Position numbers and translations under genes: made by a program. Positions 39,161 through 53,654 of a stretch of 64,000 bases of DNA are shown here, piece by piece; position 1 is the stretch's first letter, and every line of letters begins with the position of its first letter. The notes beneath the pieces are model-generated. The model did not search any database and was not told where the DNA came from. It saw nothing but the letters and a program-made list of their open reading frames with translations. The stretch is from Camelus ferus (taxonomy: Eukaryota). Where the stretch lies: NCBI RefSeq assembly GCF_009834535.1, contig NC_045697.1:45510001-45574000 (forward strand). The letters run 5' to 3'.

Positions 39161-40169
39161 TTCTCAGTTTTCAGAACTTCTTAGAAGTTCTCAGAAGCAG
39201 GCCAATTTACCAAAAGTTGAACCACTGAAAATAAATCATTGAAAGCCAGTCAGCCCCTTAGTAAATTAAACAAGTATGAGTTGGCTTAAAAGTTAAGCTT
39301 CTGGAGGGCAGAGCATTATATTATTAATTTTAGTGTCCCTAATCCCTAGTCTAGTGCCCAGCAGAGCAGGCATTCAACAAGTAGTCTCCCCAATATAATT
39401 GAATTATTTCTTCATTAATGTCTCCCAAATGTGGTTCGGTCCAACAGCAATGATTTTCTTATTTCACAGAAATATCACTTTCCAACAGAGCCATTTTAGG
39501 GGTAGACTCAATCTTCTGTAGAAATAATGAAATTATTTTGTACGTCGAGAAGGTGATTCTCTTTTCTGAATCTATTGAACCCACTTTCTTGTCCCTTTTC
39601 TTTTTTATGACTCCCACATCAGCCCACATAACTTGCAGATTTTTTGCCTCAAAAGTCCCAAAGCCAAAGAGGACATTCTTAAAACTTTCTTGTGGTTATC
39701 ATTTCTGGGGAAATCATTCCCCTGTCGTCCATATGTTTGGCACATTTGTCTCACTCTGTCGCCTAAGGCTCTGGGCTGACATTGTTTAGAAGCAACAATA
39801 TTGTCATTTTCAAAATATGGAAAAATAAGCAAATCAGAGAAACAAACATTGGAACACCCTTAAAGAACTGTATCGACTGTAGGGGTATTGTTCAGACTAC
39901 AAGAATGCTCATGGTTTAAAGATTATCTACAATGTTTATTGCATTGTTATGTCATAGACCCAGATGATATTGTTATATCAGAAGATTTTTATTATGACTG
40001 CCTCTTAAGACCATAATATGATATTTACTCTTTAGTACCATAAAGGTAATTCAATAAAATTAGTTTAAAAAATATCTGAAATGTTCCTTTTAAAGCAGAT
40101 CAGATATGTTATACTAATTCTTCTTTAAACTACTCAAGAGGAAATGATGTAAATGTGTGCATTTTCTAT

Positions 40170-41670
40170 ACTTATTTATTCATTCTTTTATTCTTTTTGT
40201 TCACCAAAAAAATTCTGGAGTATTTATTTAGTGCAGTGACCTGAACTCAGCGCATTAGAAGTTCAAAGATAAAAGTCAAGATTCTTGCTCTTGAAAACCT
40301 CATAGATTTAATAAGGACAAAACAACATTTCTGCCTAAATATTGTAGAAGGAACTAAAACAAAATTAAAAGACATAAACTGTGGTAAAGAAAGCACAGAA
40401 GAGAAAGATGATTCATTTCCCGCTAGAGAAATCAGAAAAGACCACTTAGAGGAGATGGTAGTGGATTTTGAATTTGAAGAACAACTAGAATTGCAGCAAG
40501 AGGAGATGAAGAGGAAGTGATTCCAGACAAAAGACGTGCAAAGGCACAGTGGTGGGAAAGTGAAAGACTGATTTGGGGAGTAGCTTAAGTAGGTAATGGT
40601 GAAGGGAAATAATGGAAGTTGTCTGCGATAAAATTATAAATTCTTTTGTATGTAATGTTGAGTCATTTGAATTACACTTGGCAGGCGAAGGGTTGCTACA
40701 GAGTCTTGAGCTAGAATAAGAGAATAGGGATGTTCTTAAATTGATTAAACTAGCAGCACATGAGTATTCATTCATTTTCCATTGCTGCTGTTGCAAATTA
40801 ATTACCATAACAAAGAATTACTATCTTATGTTTCTGTAGGTCAGAAGTATGAAACAGGTCTTGCTGGACTAAAGTCAAAGTGTCTGTAGGACTGTGTCCC
40901 TTTATGGAGGCAGTATGGGAGAATGATTCCCTGTGTATTCCGCCTTTTTTTGTTGTTGTTGTTGTTGTTTTTTTTTTGCCATTTCCAGCTTCCAGAGGCT
41001 ACTTGCATTCCTTGTGGCCCCCTCCCTCCGTCTTCAAAGCCAGCAAACTTACATCCTTCTGAACCTTTTTATTTAGTCACACTGTCTTCAGATCACATGA
41101 GGAACGCTTCTCTATAATTTTAAGAATTTGTCATTAGGTTGGGCCCACCTGAATAATCCATGAGGATCTCCCTATCTAAAAGTCCTTAACCTTAATCACA
41201 TCTGCAAAGTCCCCTTTTTCCTATGTAAGGTGACATAGCCACAGGTTCTTGGGATTAGGACATGGCCTTATCTGGGGGCCATTATTCTGTCTTTCACCAT
41301 GCAGGTGGACTAAAACTGGAAGGAGGCTTGTCTTGAGAACAAATTAGGTGGCTTTTGATCTGGCCTAGGTAAGGGACAGGATGGGATTGGGCTAGGGCGG
41401 TGGTGGTGAGAATGTAAAGAAGGAGCTGACACATGATTGGAGATCTACTAGACAGACTTTGGACTTACGTAGAGGTTATTGGATATCAGAGGATGATGTC
41501 AGTGGGAAGAGAAATATCAGGAGAAGGAGAAAATTTAAAAAGAAATACGAATTCCATCTTGAATTTGTTGAGCTTAATGTGCCAGTGAATTATTCAGGCA
41601 GGAAAATCCAACAGGCAGTTGGTAACATGCATCTGAGTTCTGGGAGACAGGCTGAGGCATAGAAATCTAG
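40170..41670 (-). mobile_element. L2 LINE fragment interrupted by an MLT1 LTR
   Basis: Starts 'ttatttattcattc...'; L2 motifs resume after 41300 ('gaatttgttgagctt...aggcagttgg'). Confidence 0.7.
40762..41300 (-). mobile_element. MaLR solo LTR (MLT1D-like)
   Basis: 'attgctgctg...tctgtaggtcagaagt...ccttaatcacatctgcaaagtccc...ggggccattattctg'. Confidence 0.88.
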
Positions 41671-43319
41671 TAAAAATATATGTTCCTGTATCAGGAAACT
41701 ACACATACCCCTCCTGACTATGTGGTATAACAACTGAGATAAAACATCTTGATGTAAAATTCATTATAAAAATAAAAAACAGTTTGTATCTTGCCAAATG
41801 AATGCAATTAATGGAGCAAAGTTGGTAGTCCTTATACTGGACTCTAATTTATAATATTTTCTTATTTTATGTTGTCAGCTTTCAGACTGAAATGCAAAAA
41901 TATGAGTTGGCATTTAACATTTCCGCCCTAAATTTCATTATGTTTAGTAAATTTCTCTGGCATTTTTGAAGTGGTTGCATTTATTTCAAAGAAACAGATC
42001 AAAATCTCAAGCGCTGGAATCTCGGTCTAATAGCAGGGTATTGAGGTTTGCTTCTCAAAAATGCTAACAGTTGAGATAGGATCATCTGTGTTTAATTTGG
42101 GGTTCAGCCACCTCTTTCCTGGCCCCGCGCCTGTGTGGTTCTGCCATTGCCTGCTGATGCTCCACTGAAGCTGACAGAGCATCAGGGTAAGTTTCTACTG
42201 GACGACAGGAAGCATTCTGCACTTTTGGGTATTTTTGAATTGTTCACTAACCATAAAAAGGACAATTAAAAGAAGACACAGTACTAGAAAAAGAATGTAT
42301 TGTTTGAAGAGAACTTTAACCTTAGAAACATTTTTCTCTCTTTTCAATGTTTTATTGCAAGTGGTTGTTTCAGGTCTTATATCAGTTAATTCTAATGATA
42401 ATGTATATGATTATGCCTTTTTTCATGTGGGGAAACTGAGGATTGGAAAATTAAATTGTGATTTCCTTAAAATAATTCAGCTAACAAGTGAATAAACCGG
42501 CACACAAATGCTAGTCTCTTGAGTTCAAAATCATTGCTCCTTATATGATATGACAATTATTCCTCAGTCTTGGAAGCACAGTTTAAGGTTAGAGAATAAT
42601 GCTATTCTTGGCTGTTTCTTTGTCTACTGTCTGTGTTTCTCACTGGAAGGTAAGATCCCTGGGAATCAGGGGCTTTGACTATATTGTTTACCGCTCCAGT
42701 TCTGGGGCTCAGAAGATGGCCTGGCACATAGTAGGTGCTTAGTAAGTATTTGTTGGATGGATGAATAAACGAAAATACATTTCAACAATGTCATTGCTAA
42801 GGTAGTGACTGTTCATTTTTCTAGGCCCTTAACGGTGTGTGACAGTTTCAGATGTAGGCCTTCAGGTAGGGTGAGCTGCATGCAGAACCACCAGGGGAGA
42901 ACTGGAGGAGTACTCACAAACTAGCCCTAAACCCATCTGAGTGGAAGGCCCCTGTACAATATTCTAAACAGTGTTCGACTACAGTCAAGGAATTAGGACA
43001 TGTGAGAGCTGCACAGCTGAAAAGGGCCCAGAGCGGCTACAGAGCTTAAGTAAATTGCAGGGGGTAGAACATCAGAAAATGAACTTGAATCTTCTAAGGC
43101 TAAGGCTGGTGAAAGTTTCTGGGATGTGTTGGTTCTCCATGACATGGGAGAAGGAAGGCATATGGTACCTTTTTACTTTGCATCACAGCTCTGGCTGGGC
43201 AGAGTTATAGTCAGCAATAACAGTTGCAGAATTTAGAAAATGTGCCTTTACGTACAGGAATTCAAAATTGCAGGCTTTTGTCACTTACATTTCCAAAATC
43301 CTTTTTTTTTTTTTTTGGT

Positions 43320-43515
43320 GTTTGATTGATTGACTGATTGATTGACTGTTTTTATTGAAGCATAGCTGATGTACAATACTGTGTTTGTTTCTGGTGTCCA
43401 GTAAAGTGATTCATTTATACATATATATACTTTTTAATATTCTTTTCCATTATGGTTTATTACAGGATATTGAATATAGTTCCCTGTGCAATACAGTAGG
43501 ACCTTGTTGTTTACC
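43320..43515 (-). mobile_element. Artiodactyl L1 3' end with a (GATT)n/T-rich tail
   Basis: 'ttattgaagcatagctgatgtacaat...gaatatagttccctgtgcaatacagtaggaccttgttgttta'. Confidence 0.9.
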
Positions 43516-44261
43516 TTGAAGGTTTTTGATTCCCTGCCCGACCCCCACCATATGTACCTGATTTTCTAAGTTTTCAGCTTCCTTAGTGCACTTTGGACTT
43601 AGACTGGAATTTCTCATCATCCATCTTATAGTGATAATTTGAAAGAAACACTGACCAATTTAAAAATAATTGGCAAATTAAAAACTAAAAATTTTGTTTA
43701 TAAACCCACTGATCTTTTAACCTTGACATGTGGTTATAACTTTCATAGTAAGTGCATTTTTTTTATCATTACATGCCAGCTATGGTGTTAATAAACTGCC
43801 AAGAAAAAGCAAAATTATTTTTCAATTTTAAATATTACTCATTACATAATCAGATTAGTAAATACCTACTTATTTGATTTCCTGAAAGAAATAACCATAA
43901 CACATTACTGGCTGAATGTTCAGATTTTTTTGGAAGGAGATTATTTCTGAGAAGAGGAAATCTTTCAAATATTGTTCTTTTTTCAGTTATGAGCCATTTG
44001 AGTAGTAAATGAAATACTGTTCTTCTTTAAAAATTGACAGTTGTGTCTTTAAGAATAGATATTATTAAAATAAGAACTATAGTGGCAAGGATTTGGAGAG
44101 CCAAAAGGAAGGTTTGAAAGCTGTAGTATTCACTGATCTATATTCCAAAGTATAAGAACAAAGCAAATGAAATTTTGGAGAAATTAAGGATCCAAACTGA
44201 TGAGGTGAGAGAGAAGTAGAAGTGGAAGACTAACATCACAGTTACCAGGTGTCCACGTCTT

Positions 44262-44367
44262 TCTTTTTATTTATTTTTTTGCTGTTTAAGGAGTTACTGG
44301 GGATTGAACTCAGGCCCTTGCGCATGCTAAGCATGCGCTCTACCACTGAGCTAGACCCCACCTCCCT
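44262..44367 (-). mobile_element. tRNA-derived SINE, camelid vic-1-like
   Basis: The minus strand reads TAGCTCAGTGGTAGAGCGCATGCTTAGCATGCGC...GAGTTCAATCCCCAG. A 17-bp TSD CCAGG(T/C)GTCCAC(G/T)TCTT lies at 44245-44261 and 44368-44384. Confidence 0.92.
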
Positions 44368-44773
44368 CCAGGCGTCCACTTCTTATGCGTGTGTTGATAG
44401 GCTACTGAAGGCTGAAACTTACCAATGAGAAAACATTGTTTAATTGTTTTATGTTTATTTTTTGTTTGTCATTAACTGATAATTATGTTTCTTATTACTA
44501 TGCAAGTAACTTACAATTTAAAGTCTTCAGGGAGGCTGGTATTAAATGCTATCACACACACTAAGAGGACTTGACACAGTTTTCCTAACCTTATAAACAC
44601 TAAATCGGTAAATCTAATAGAGTCTGGAGGGAACCTCTACTAATTAAAGTCTGATGAAGTGGATTGAAAGTGATAACCTGTTATCAAAAGCAAATTTGTC
44701 GAACTGAAGGAAGATTTAAGGTGCTTCGTGCATCCACTGTTATGGCCTCACTACACAAAGGCACAGTCTATAC

Positions 44774-44981
44774 CAGTGGTTGTCAACTGGTGACAGTTTT
44801 GCCAACCATGCAATATTTGACAATGTCTGCAGACATTTTCTTCTGTCACAATTGTGCTAGGATTGCTACTAGCTAGAGGCAAAAGATGTTGCTGTACATT
44901 CTACAGTTCACAGAATATACCCCCTCCGATAAATAAGCATGTAGCCCAAGATGTGAATCGTGCTGATGTTGAGAAACCCTG
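44774..44981 (+). mobile_element. MER20 hAT-Charlie MITE
   Basis: Termini CAGTGGTTGTCAAC ... GTTGAGAAACCCTG; 8-bp TSD GTCT(A/G)TAC at 44766-44773 and 44982-44989. Confidence 0.92.
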
Positions 44982-45679
44982 GTCTGTACTAACTAAAGAG
45001 CTGGACAGGAGTCTCTCTGCTGCTTTGTCCTACCCTCCCCCAACTTTCTTTAAAAAATAATTTCACTATTTGTCCCAGTGAAGTATTCTTGAAACATAAA
45101 GGAGAGCTGTTATGGCTGAAAAGACATAGGAGTCTTGGAGCTCCATTAGCTCTGCCTTCTACTGTCCTTTGAGATGGCCTTTAAGGCTTTTAAGAATACT
45201 ACTTAAGAAGCATCGCTCTCTGACCTGGGTACCACTATTCTACCAGTCTTAAAACAACTGGACAAGACGACGAGGGAACCCTTGCAGTGGTACGTATGAG
45301 TGCCCCAGGTACGGTACCCTTGGGCAGACAGGAAGAATCTTGGTAAAAGTGCCTCCTGGGAACAACAGTTGCCACGATATCTTTTGGTGTTTGGCATCAT
45401 GAGCATAGGAGAAAGTCCGCACTCAGCCCAGGACAGCTCCATCATATAAATGACTTCTAAGGACAGCCACGTGTGTTCTGCTGTGGTTGAGGAATATATG
45501 TGTGTAGAGAATTCAAGAGACATCCAAGTGCAGAGTGAGTGGAGACAATGGAAATGTCACTATCTTCTCTGGTAACAGCTCAAGGTCTAGATAGATTTTA
45601 CTGCACTGGCCAATTAAAGAGGCTAGAATTTATTAAGTATTTACTATGTGACATATTATTCCAAATGCTTATATTAACT

Positions 45680-46800
45680 GCCTATTTAATCCTTATATGC
45701 TCATTTGGAATTTGAAAAATGATATTAAAGGTGAAGTAAAAATTCATTGTGTGAACTGTAAAAAAAAAATGTAATAAAGATGACCTTTCCCTAAAAGATA
45801 CTAAAAGCTAATTTAAGACAAAAGAAATTAAAGCATGTGATGACCCAGCAATACATAAGATACAAATACTAGAGAAAAACTAAAAAAAGGGTGAATTTAT
45901 TATGACAAACTTGGGATTTTTAAATTAGTGAAGCAAAAGTGAATTATTTTGAAAAATACTGGGGAAAATGATAGCTATTTGAGAAAAAAATTTATGTTAT
46001 TAAATTCTTGCATCATCCCTTATATCAAAATAAATTTAAAAATGGACAGAAATGTACATCTTAATCACAACAAAAGTATCAGAAGGAAATTTTAAAAGTT
46101 ATTACCATCTTGGAGTGGGGAAGTCTTTCTGCCATGAAATATAAAAGCTAAGCACAATTGAACTTGACTACTTAAAAATCAAATCCTTTTGCACAACAAA
46201 AGTTACCATAGAAAATCAAATAACAATAAGGCAACTGAGAAAAACACTTACATCACATATTTCAGAAAAAATAATCCTTATATTATCCCAAACTTCTCCA
46301 AATCAATTAGAAAACAAAGAACATCAAAGTAAGAAATAGGCAAAAATGCAAAAATATATGAAGGCATTCAATAAATACAGGGGAATATGCTCAAACTCAC
46401 TTATAATTCAAGAAATACAACTTAAAATGACAATGGAAAACAAATATTTAACTATTAGAGAGGCAGATAATGAAAAGATTGCTAAGATGCATTATCAACG
46501 AGTGGAAAGATGCACCTTCAAACACACTTTAGGGTTATGAATCGGTGCAACATTTTGGGATGGCAATTTGATACCTATCAACATTCAGACACACTTTTGA
46601 CTCAGCAGTTTTGTGTTCAGGCCTTTCTCTTACATGTATATTTACTTCATGGCAGAAAAATACATGAAAAAGAATGTTAGCAAAAATACAGTTTGTGACA
46701 ACAAATACTTAAACATCATCAATATCAGACTGGTTGAAACATGGTGCATCCACACACTGCAATAGCAAGCAATACTTAGGAAGACTGAAATACGTTCATG
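45680..46800 (+). mobile_element. Ancient L1M ORF2/3' remnant
   Basis: A-rich sequence with decayed ORF2 motifs ('atgctcaaactcacttataattcaagaaatacaacttaaaatgacaat'). Confidence 0.75.
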
Positions 46801-47049
46801 TTCATATGGTCTTTATTTGTGCCGCTTATGTGCCCAGAACACTAGGCATCTTAATGAATATTTACTGAGGTGAGAGGGTGACCCTCATGCTAAGTGTGGA
46901 GCTATGAGGAGCAGCATGAGGCAATGATCCCAAGTAATTAGAAAAAACCCCCACACACTCATATTACATGCAATCAGTTTTCTGAAAAGAAAGACAAGAA
47001 ACCATTAGCAGTGGTGTCTTATCTGTAATGGAATGAATATAAGAAAGCC

Positions 47050-47175
47050 GGGCCAGAACCAGGGTGAGGCGAATGAGGCACCTGGACTACAGATTGGAGG
47101 AAGCACCCCGAGATTGAGTGTCTCCTTCAATTTGGTGCCCAGGTATCTAACTCACTTCACCCTATCTCTGACCTT
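47050..47175. mobile_element. hAT-Tip100 MITE (MER91-like)
   Basis: Imperfect inverted ends AGGGTGAGGCGAATGAGGCACC ... CTCACTTCACCCT. Confidence 0.65.
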
Positions 47176-47299
47176 CTGTGAAGAAGAAGACTTTACTTCC
47201 ATTTTTCTGTTTTTCAATTCTGTTTGAGTTATTTGCCATGAGAATATAAATGTAATTTTGGAATTAAAAAATGATAAAATTCAGATTTAAGAATCTGGA

Positions 47300-50200
47300 T
47301 TTCATTCTATAAAAGGACTGAAGGTGACATTCAAGTACTTTTTAAAAATAGAATTGAGAACAACTATCATAAGTACTGCTACAAAACTGATTTTAAGTTT
47401 GGGTAAATATTACTGAGAGAGAAGATATATTGAAAATGATAATGATATAGGCCTCTGCCTCCAGATTACATTAATAAATACTAAAAAATATTGGGAGTTG
47501 GGCACTCATTTATCAGACAAATAAAAACAGAAATAAACTATGGTTGATATTTTAAATTTCAGAAAAATAAAGGATTCCAGTTTTTTCAAAAAAGGAAATT
47601 GAAGGGTTTTTTTTGTTTGTTTTTTTCATTTAGTAAAGGTATAATCCATGCTGACAATGTTCAGGAAGAATAGCAAAAGAAGAGTTTCAAAACTAATTGA
47701 GCAAAAATTGTTAGATTTACAAGGAAAGATAAACATTATTTTTAGTAGAAAACTTGGCTATCTATTAGCCTTTGATGGGCCTAAATATATGCATTCATAC
47801 ATATGTACATACATACACAGATATACACATAAAATGAGAGATATATGTACTTGGATATTATGTTAATAAAGTTTAAATACATATTAAAACAATATGCAAT
47901 TTTTTAACCGTCTCCAGAACATTAAACTAAAAATATAAAACTAACTGTAAGCTAAGTTACAAAAGAAATATCAATAAAATTCCCGAAGTGAGAACAGCCA
48001 AGGCAAGGTTCTTTGACAACAATGCACTAAAATTAGAAACCATGTTCACAAGTTTAGAGAAAAGAAATTAGGATTATTTTGAAATTTAAAAAAATCCAGC
48101 AAAAATTTAGGGCTAAAGGCAGGTGCAAACCTACACATATGAGTACTTATAATATAAGAAAAAATGAGAACACTAATTCTCAAAATTTTTTGATGTGGTC
48201 AAAGCTCTTCTCTGAAGGAAAGATTTTATGTTAAAAGGTTTCATTTTTTAAAAAAGCAGAAATAAAAATAAATGATTAATCACAACTCTAGGATTCTGGA
48301 AAAAACAACAACAACAACAAAATACACCTAAAAAGACATAAAGAAGGATCTGATGAAGAATAAAAATAGAAACAAATTAATCAGAATCAGAATCAATTAA
48401 AAAATAAAATGGTAAGCCCTTTAAAACCAAATCTCTTAAAATATAATTAAGACCAAAGGTACAACACAAATTTTAAAAATAGGAATTAAATATTTAATAT
48501 CACAGAAAGGTATAGAGGAAATAAACTACAAAGATATTATACACTATTCTATGAAAATATATTAGAAAATTTCGAAGAAGTATTATTTTTCTGAGAAAAA
48601 AATTAACATTCAAAGTTGACTCGAAAACTATTATCTTCTCTCATAAGAAATAATCACAGTTTTTCTTCTGAAAATTTTTGAACCATGTGGTTTTACTGTT
48701 AAGAAACTTTAAAAAAAAGATAATCTGAATTCTATATAAAAAACTTTTCTAGAATATGGAAGAAGCCCACTTTGAAAGTCTGTTAAAGATAGTGTGAAAA
48801 AACTATACATATCCTTTAAGAGGATGAAAAGAAAAGCCAGATTGGGAAAAAATATTTACAAAACATATTTGATAAAGGACTTATATCCAAAATAAACAAA
48901 GAATTCTTAAATTTTAACAATAAGAAAACTGCCCAATTAAAAAAAATGAACAAAATATTTAACAGATACCCCAATAAAGATATCCAGATGGAAAATGAGC
49001 ATATGAAAAGATGCTCAATATCATATGTCATTTAGGAAATTGCAAATTAAAAAATGAGCTACTATTACATATCTATTAGAAAGGCTACAATCCAGAACAC
49101 TGACACCATCAAATGCTGACAAGGATATAGAACAACTATCATTCACTGCTGGTGGTACAGACACTTTGGGAGATAGTTTGACAGTTTCTTACAAAGGTAA
49201 ACACAGTCTTACTATATGATCCAGCAATCACAGTCCTAGATGTTTACCCAAATGAGTTGAAAACCCATGTCCACACAAAAACCTGCACATGAATGTTTAT
49301 AGCCACCTTATATAAGTCATCACTGCCAAAACTTAGCAACCAAGATGTCCTTCGGTAGGTGAGTGGACAAATAAACTGTGGTACATCCAGACCATGGACT
49401 ATTATCCTGCACTAAAAAGAAATGAGCTCCCCAGCCATAAAAAGACATGGAGGAAGCTAAGATGCATACTGTTAAGTGAAGAAAGCCAACATGAATGGGC
49501 TATGCACTATACGATTCCAACTATATGACATTCTGGAAAAGGCAAAACTATAGAAACAAAAAAAAGATAAATGGTTGCCAGAGGTCAAAGGTCATAGAGG
49601 GGGAGTGAGGAGTAGTTGGCATAGAGAATATTTGGGGGTTGATATTTGGATATCTGCTTTGATACTGTTATGGTGAATACCAAACAGTACACATTCGTCA
49701 AAACCCATAGACTGAATGACAACACAAAGAGTGATCCCCAATGTAAACTATAGAACTCAGTTAATTTTTCAATTTGGTTTATTAATTCACATTAATGCAA
49801 GATGTTAATAATAAAGGAAGCTGTATAAATATGGAGATAAGAGGTAAATGGAAACTGTACTTTCTGCTCAATTTTTCTGTAAACCTAAAAAACTTATCCA
49901 AGAAAATAAGTTCTATTAATTAAAAAAATTACATAAAACTCAATATTCAGTGTCCATAAATTGCCATTAGCAAAGAGGAAAATAAAACTACATACATAAA
50001 AAGTACTCTCATAAATAGAGTTTCAAAAATCTCAAATAATATACTAGCAAAATAATTTGGATAGTTTATTGAAAAAAATCATTCAAGAAGCATTTTTACC
50101 TGGAATGCATCTTAAAATTTATCCACATAGTACATTGTATAACTTAATTTTATTTATAATAATAATTTCAATTGATGGCAAACAGTATTTGGAAAGAAAT

Positions 50201-50300
50201 ATTGACATCCATTCCTGTTTAAGTCTCACAACAGTATTAAGAATAGGAGTACACTTCCACCCAAATTAAAATATTAATATTAAATCAAGTGTCATCATAG
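47300..50300 (+). mobile_element. Ancient L1 ORF2 remnant with a nested, younger L1MC-type 3' fragment (~48790-49925)
   Basis: Very A-rich decayed ORF2. The nested part is well preserved ('gaaaagatgctcaatatca', 'ccacacaaaaacctgcacatgaatgtttatagc', 'aatttttctgtaaacctaaaa'). Confidence 0.85.
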
Positions 50301-51834
50301 TAATGGTTTTTAACAAAGTGTGTTTCTAATTTTAAGAGATTTCATAGATATTTCTTTGAGTGTCTTCTCAACTCATGATAATCGCCCTCTCTCTAAAAAC
50401 AGCCCTTCAGATACAGGGATGAACCTCCGAGCGTTAAGTCTACCATCTGACCTTGACCATTGTTGACTGATCCAGGGGTGGACTCCTGATCCTTGTGTGT
50501 GATCAGATTTCATCTGAGAATTTGAAATTTGGAACTGACAGACAGAGACTGAGCAGTAGTTGGAGTTCTGCTTTATTACTGTCAGTATTTGATAGAGAGG
50601 ATTCCAGAATTCTATATTCTTTCTTTCCTGAGTCTTGGCTATTGTCACTTCCTTGAATTCTAGTATACTCTCATTTCTGCTTAAATGTGTGAGATTTGTT
50701 TTTTGTGGCTTGCAAACAACAACAAAAAACCTCCAGTAACTCAGACACTAATAGATATTTGATGGTATAAGTGGAGGGGTGTTGATCAGTGGACAATCTG
50801 GGTGGGAACTTAAGCAAACGTAGAGAGCTCTCTTTGTTTTGGAACTTCTCACAGTCAACAAAATGTCATATTGTGAGTCTCTAGGAGAAATCTGTGGTAT
50901 GCAATTTTACAACCTTACTTGACTGCAGAATATTTTCTTTTGGAAGATACTTTAAAAAGACTAGTGTGCTACAGAACATACTTTAGGAAATACTTTCCTA
51001 GTGGTATTCCCAATAAACAAGCATCCTCATCCTCATGACTTAATATGGTTCTGGAAAATGTTGGCCAATTCATGTAACAGCTACAACAATCTTTTGGTAG
51101 CTGTAATGAGGTCAGAATCCATTCACGGATAGCAGCAGCATCAGCAACAAAAGTAAAAACTTAAGATCCCTCAGATTCCGTTTTAATCCAAGCTGGTGAA
51201 TTTCTTGAGGGAAGCACTTATTCATTATTGGGCTCCTAGATGAGTATCCGGCTCACAATCAATCAATCAATCAATATTGTGTGGTCCATAAATAAGTAAG
51301 TAGATGTTTCCTTCTCATTTCCTTGAGATTAAGCTAGTTTCTGGTTACGGTTGATTAATTTAAATCATATTATTCTGGGAGATACGATAAAATTTGAAGA
51401 GGTCAGTCATATACCAGGCAGTTCTGATTACAGAATTGCTTATCTTAGAAAATTGTGTTATGAAACAGGAATCATACAAAAAAGAGAATTCATTCAGTCA
51501 CATTGCCATAGCTGTTTTTCCTTCTGTTGTCACCACCAGCGAAAAGAGGAAAAAATGATTTCTGCTCCAATGACTGAGCCCCTCGGCATCCCAGACTTCT
51601 CCCTTTTCTCTCTCCTACACACTCTCTGCTCCATTGAACTGGGTGCATTGTTTTGTCATAGAATTACCTGCTTTTCTAAAGATTCTCATTCATTAACAAC
51701 ATTGTCACAGCTGTTGTAATTATGGGGAACATAAATCTGCACAGCCTGACCATTTTAGATTTCAAATTTTAGTGGAGCTGGGCTCCTGATTGATACTAAG
51801 TTCAAGTTTCCCTTCTCTGGGATTCTGGACTTGG

Positions 51835-51957
51835 GAGAAAAGAGAAGGGGGGAAGGAGGGAAGGAAAGAGGGAGGAAGAGAGAGAGGGAGAGGGAGGGGG
51901 TGGAGGAAGAGGGAGGGGGAGAAGAAGAAGAGAGTGGGGCAGAGGGAGAGAGAGAGG
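51835..51957. repeat. GA-rich polypurine low-complexity tract
   Basis: Directly visible. Confidence 0.9.
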
Positions 51958-53034
51958 TGTGTGTCTGGAGAAACAGGCTGTTTTGTTGGAAGACAATAAT
52001 GATGCACAGAGAAAAACACATTAGTGAGATAGAGTGGGACTTCTGATAGTGTTCAAACGTTTACTTTTGATTATTGCTGGGATGCAGACATATTCCTTTC
52101 TTTAGTTCTAGGAGACATCTCAGTGTTTTTATAATAAAGCTTCAAATTGGATATCCATCACTTGCAACTAGAGTCTTGGGCAATACACTTAAACTATCAC
52201 TTGGAGAAAATTACACTTAACTTGCAAGGCTATTCTATTCAGCTGAGGGAGTCTATAAATAGATTAGAAAAACAGCAAGGAGAAATCATAGATGTTTTGG
52301 ATTTTGAAGGGACCTTCAAGAGCCAAAGTCTGGAGAGATAAAGTGATTTGGCCAATTCCCAACATCAGCTTGCCAAATAGTCTGGTTCCTAATGCTCTTC
52401 ACTCTTTATTGCATTGCTCAATTTCTTGTTTCATTTCCTTTCGGTCGGCTAGCTCATTCTTTGGTCCTGTGTCTTTGGCCCGCCGTTCTTCTGCTGATTC
52501 TCACATACATTTCACATATTCCCTTTTCTTGGCCTGCATCTGACCATTAGCTTCAAGTTAAAATTACTTTCTTGGTGTACCCTGGACTCAGGCGTAACAG
52601 TTCTCTAATTGCTCTCTCTTCTTTACTGGGTAAAAGTCAACCTAATGAGCTTCCATAAAAGGAATTTCCAATTTCCAATAGTTGCATTGGTTTGACCTTA
52701 GTACTGTGATCACAGCTCAAGGTAAGACATGAGAGATAAGCTCTACACAATGAGATGTCATTTAAACATTTATCGGGGTTGTGGCTCTGTTGACAGAATA
52801 TAAAAACAATTTAGAAATAGAATGAAACCTTACATAGATTCATTGAAGATCAGTCAACCTGGGTTGGTGCTGCAAACTTAAATCAGGCTACAAAATTAGG
52901 CAATGTGACATTTGAATCCAAGGCCACTCTCATTTAAAAAGACATGAAATTGGAACCCTCAGAGGTCTACACTTAGCTTTGGCCAAGAGGTTCAAATCAT
53001 GAGAATGCCCTGAATGTTTCTAGTCCATATCCCA

Positions 53035-53389
53035 TGTTATGGGCTGAATTGTGACTGTATTTCGAGATAGGGGATTTAAAGAGGTAATTGCGTTAAAATG
53101 AAGTCTAATCCAATCTGACTGGTGTCCTCACAAGAACAAGAAATTCTGACACCTGGAGAGACGACAGGGATGCCTGCGCAGAGGAAAGACCATATGAAGA
53201 AACAGCAAGAAGCTGCCACGTGGCCTGTCTCTCGCTTGTGAGCCAAGGAGAGGGTCCTCAGAAGAAACCAGCCTTGCTGAGACCTCGATCTCGGACTTCC
53301 AGTACCCAGAACTGTCAGGATATAAATTTCACTGTTTAAGCCACCCAGTCTGAGGTATTTTGTCATGACAGCTCTAGCAAACAAATACG
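53035..53389 (+). mobile_element. MaLR solo LTR (MLT1A/B-like)
   Basis: TGTTATGGGCTGAATTGTG ... ctaatccaatctgactggtgtcct ... gtttaagccacccagtct ... GCAAACAAATAC. Confidence 0.92.
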
Positions 53390-53654
53390 TCCATAACCCA
53401 ACTCAGATCTCTGTGCCGTGTTTACTATCATTAAATTCAATTTGGAAGGTAATGTAAAAATTACTTGTGATGACATAATTAGTTTTTTAGTGTCTTAAAT
53501 GTTGGGACTAAATATGGGAATAATCTTGTAAATATACTATTTTAAATATTTGAAATACCTATACTTAAAAATATTTAAAATAGTTAAAACATTAAGAAGC
53601 ATTGCCATATTAGAGGACAGAGTATCTAATAGGTAAGCCTTATCATTCCAATTT

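Noticed and set aside
51072..51110. Hairpin ACAGCTAC...GTAGCTGT, superficially like a microRNA
   Set aside because: The stem is only ~8 bp, far too short for a pre-miRNA.
51755..52046. Cluster of Ser/Pro-rich and Glu/Gly-rich ORFs
   Set aside because: Translations of the GA-rich low-complexity tract.
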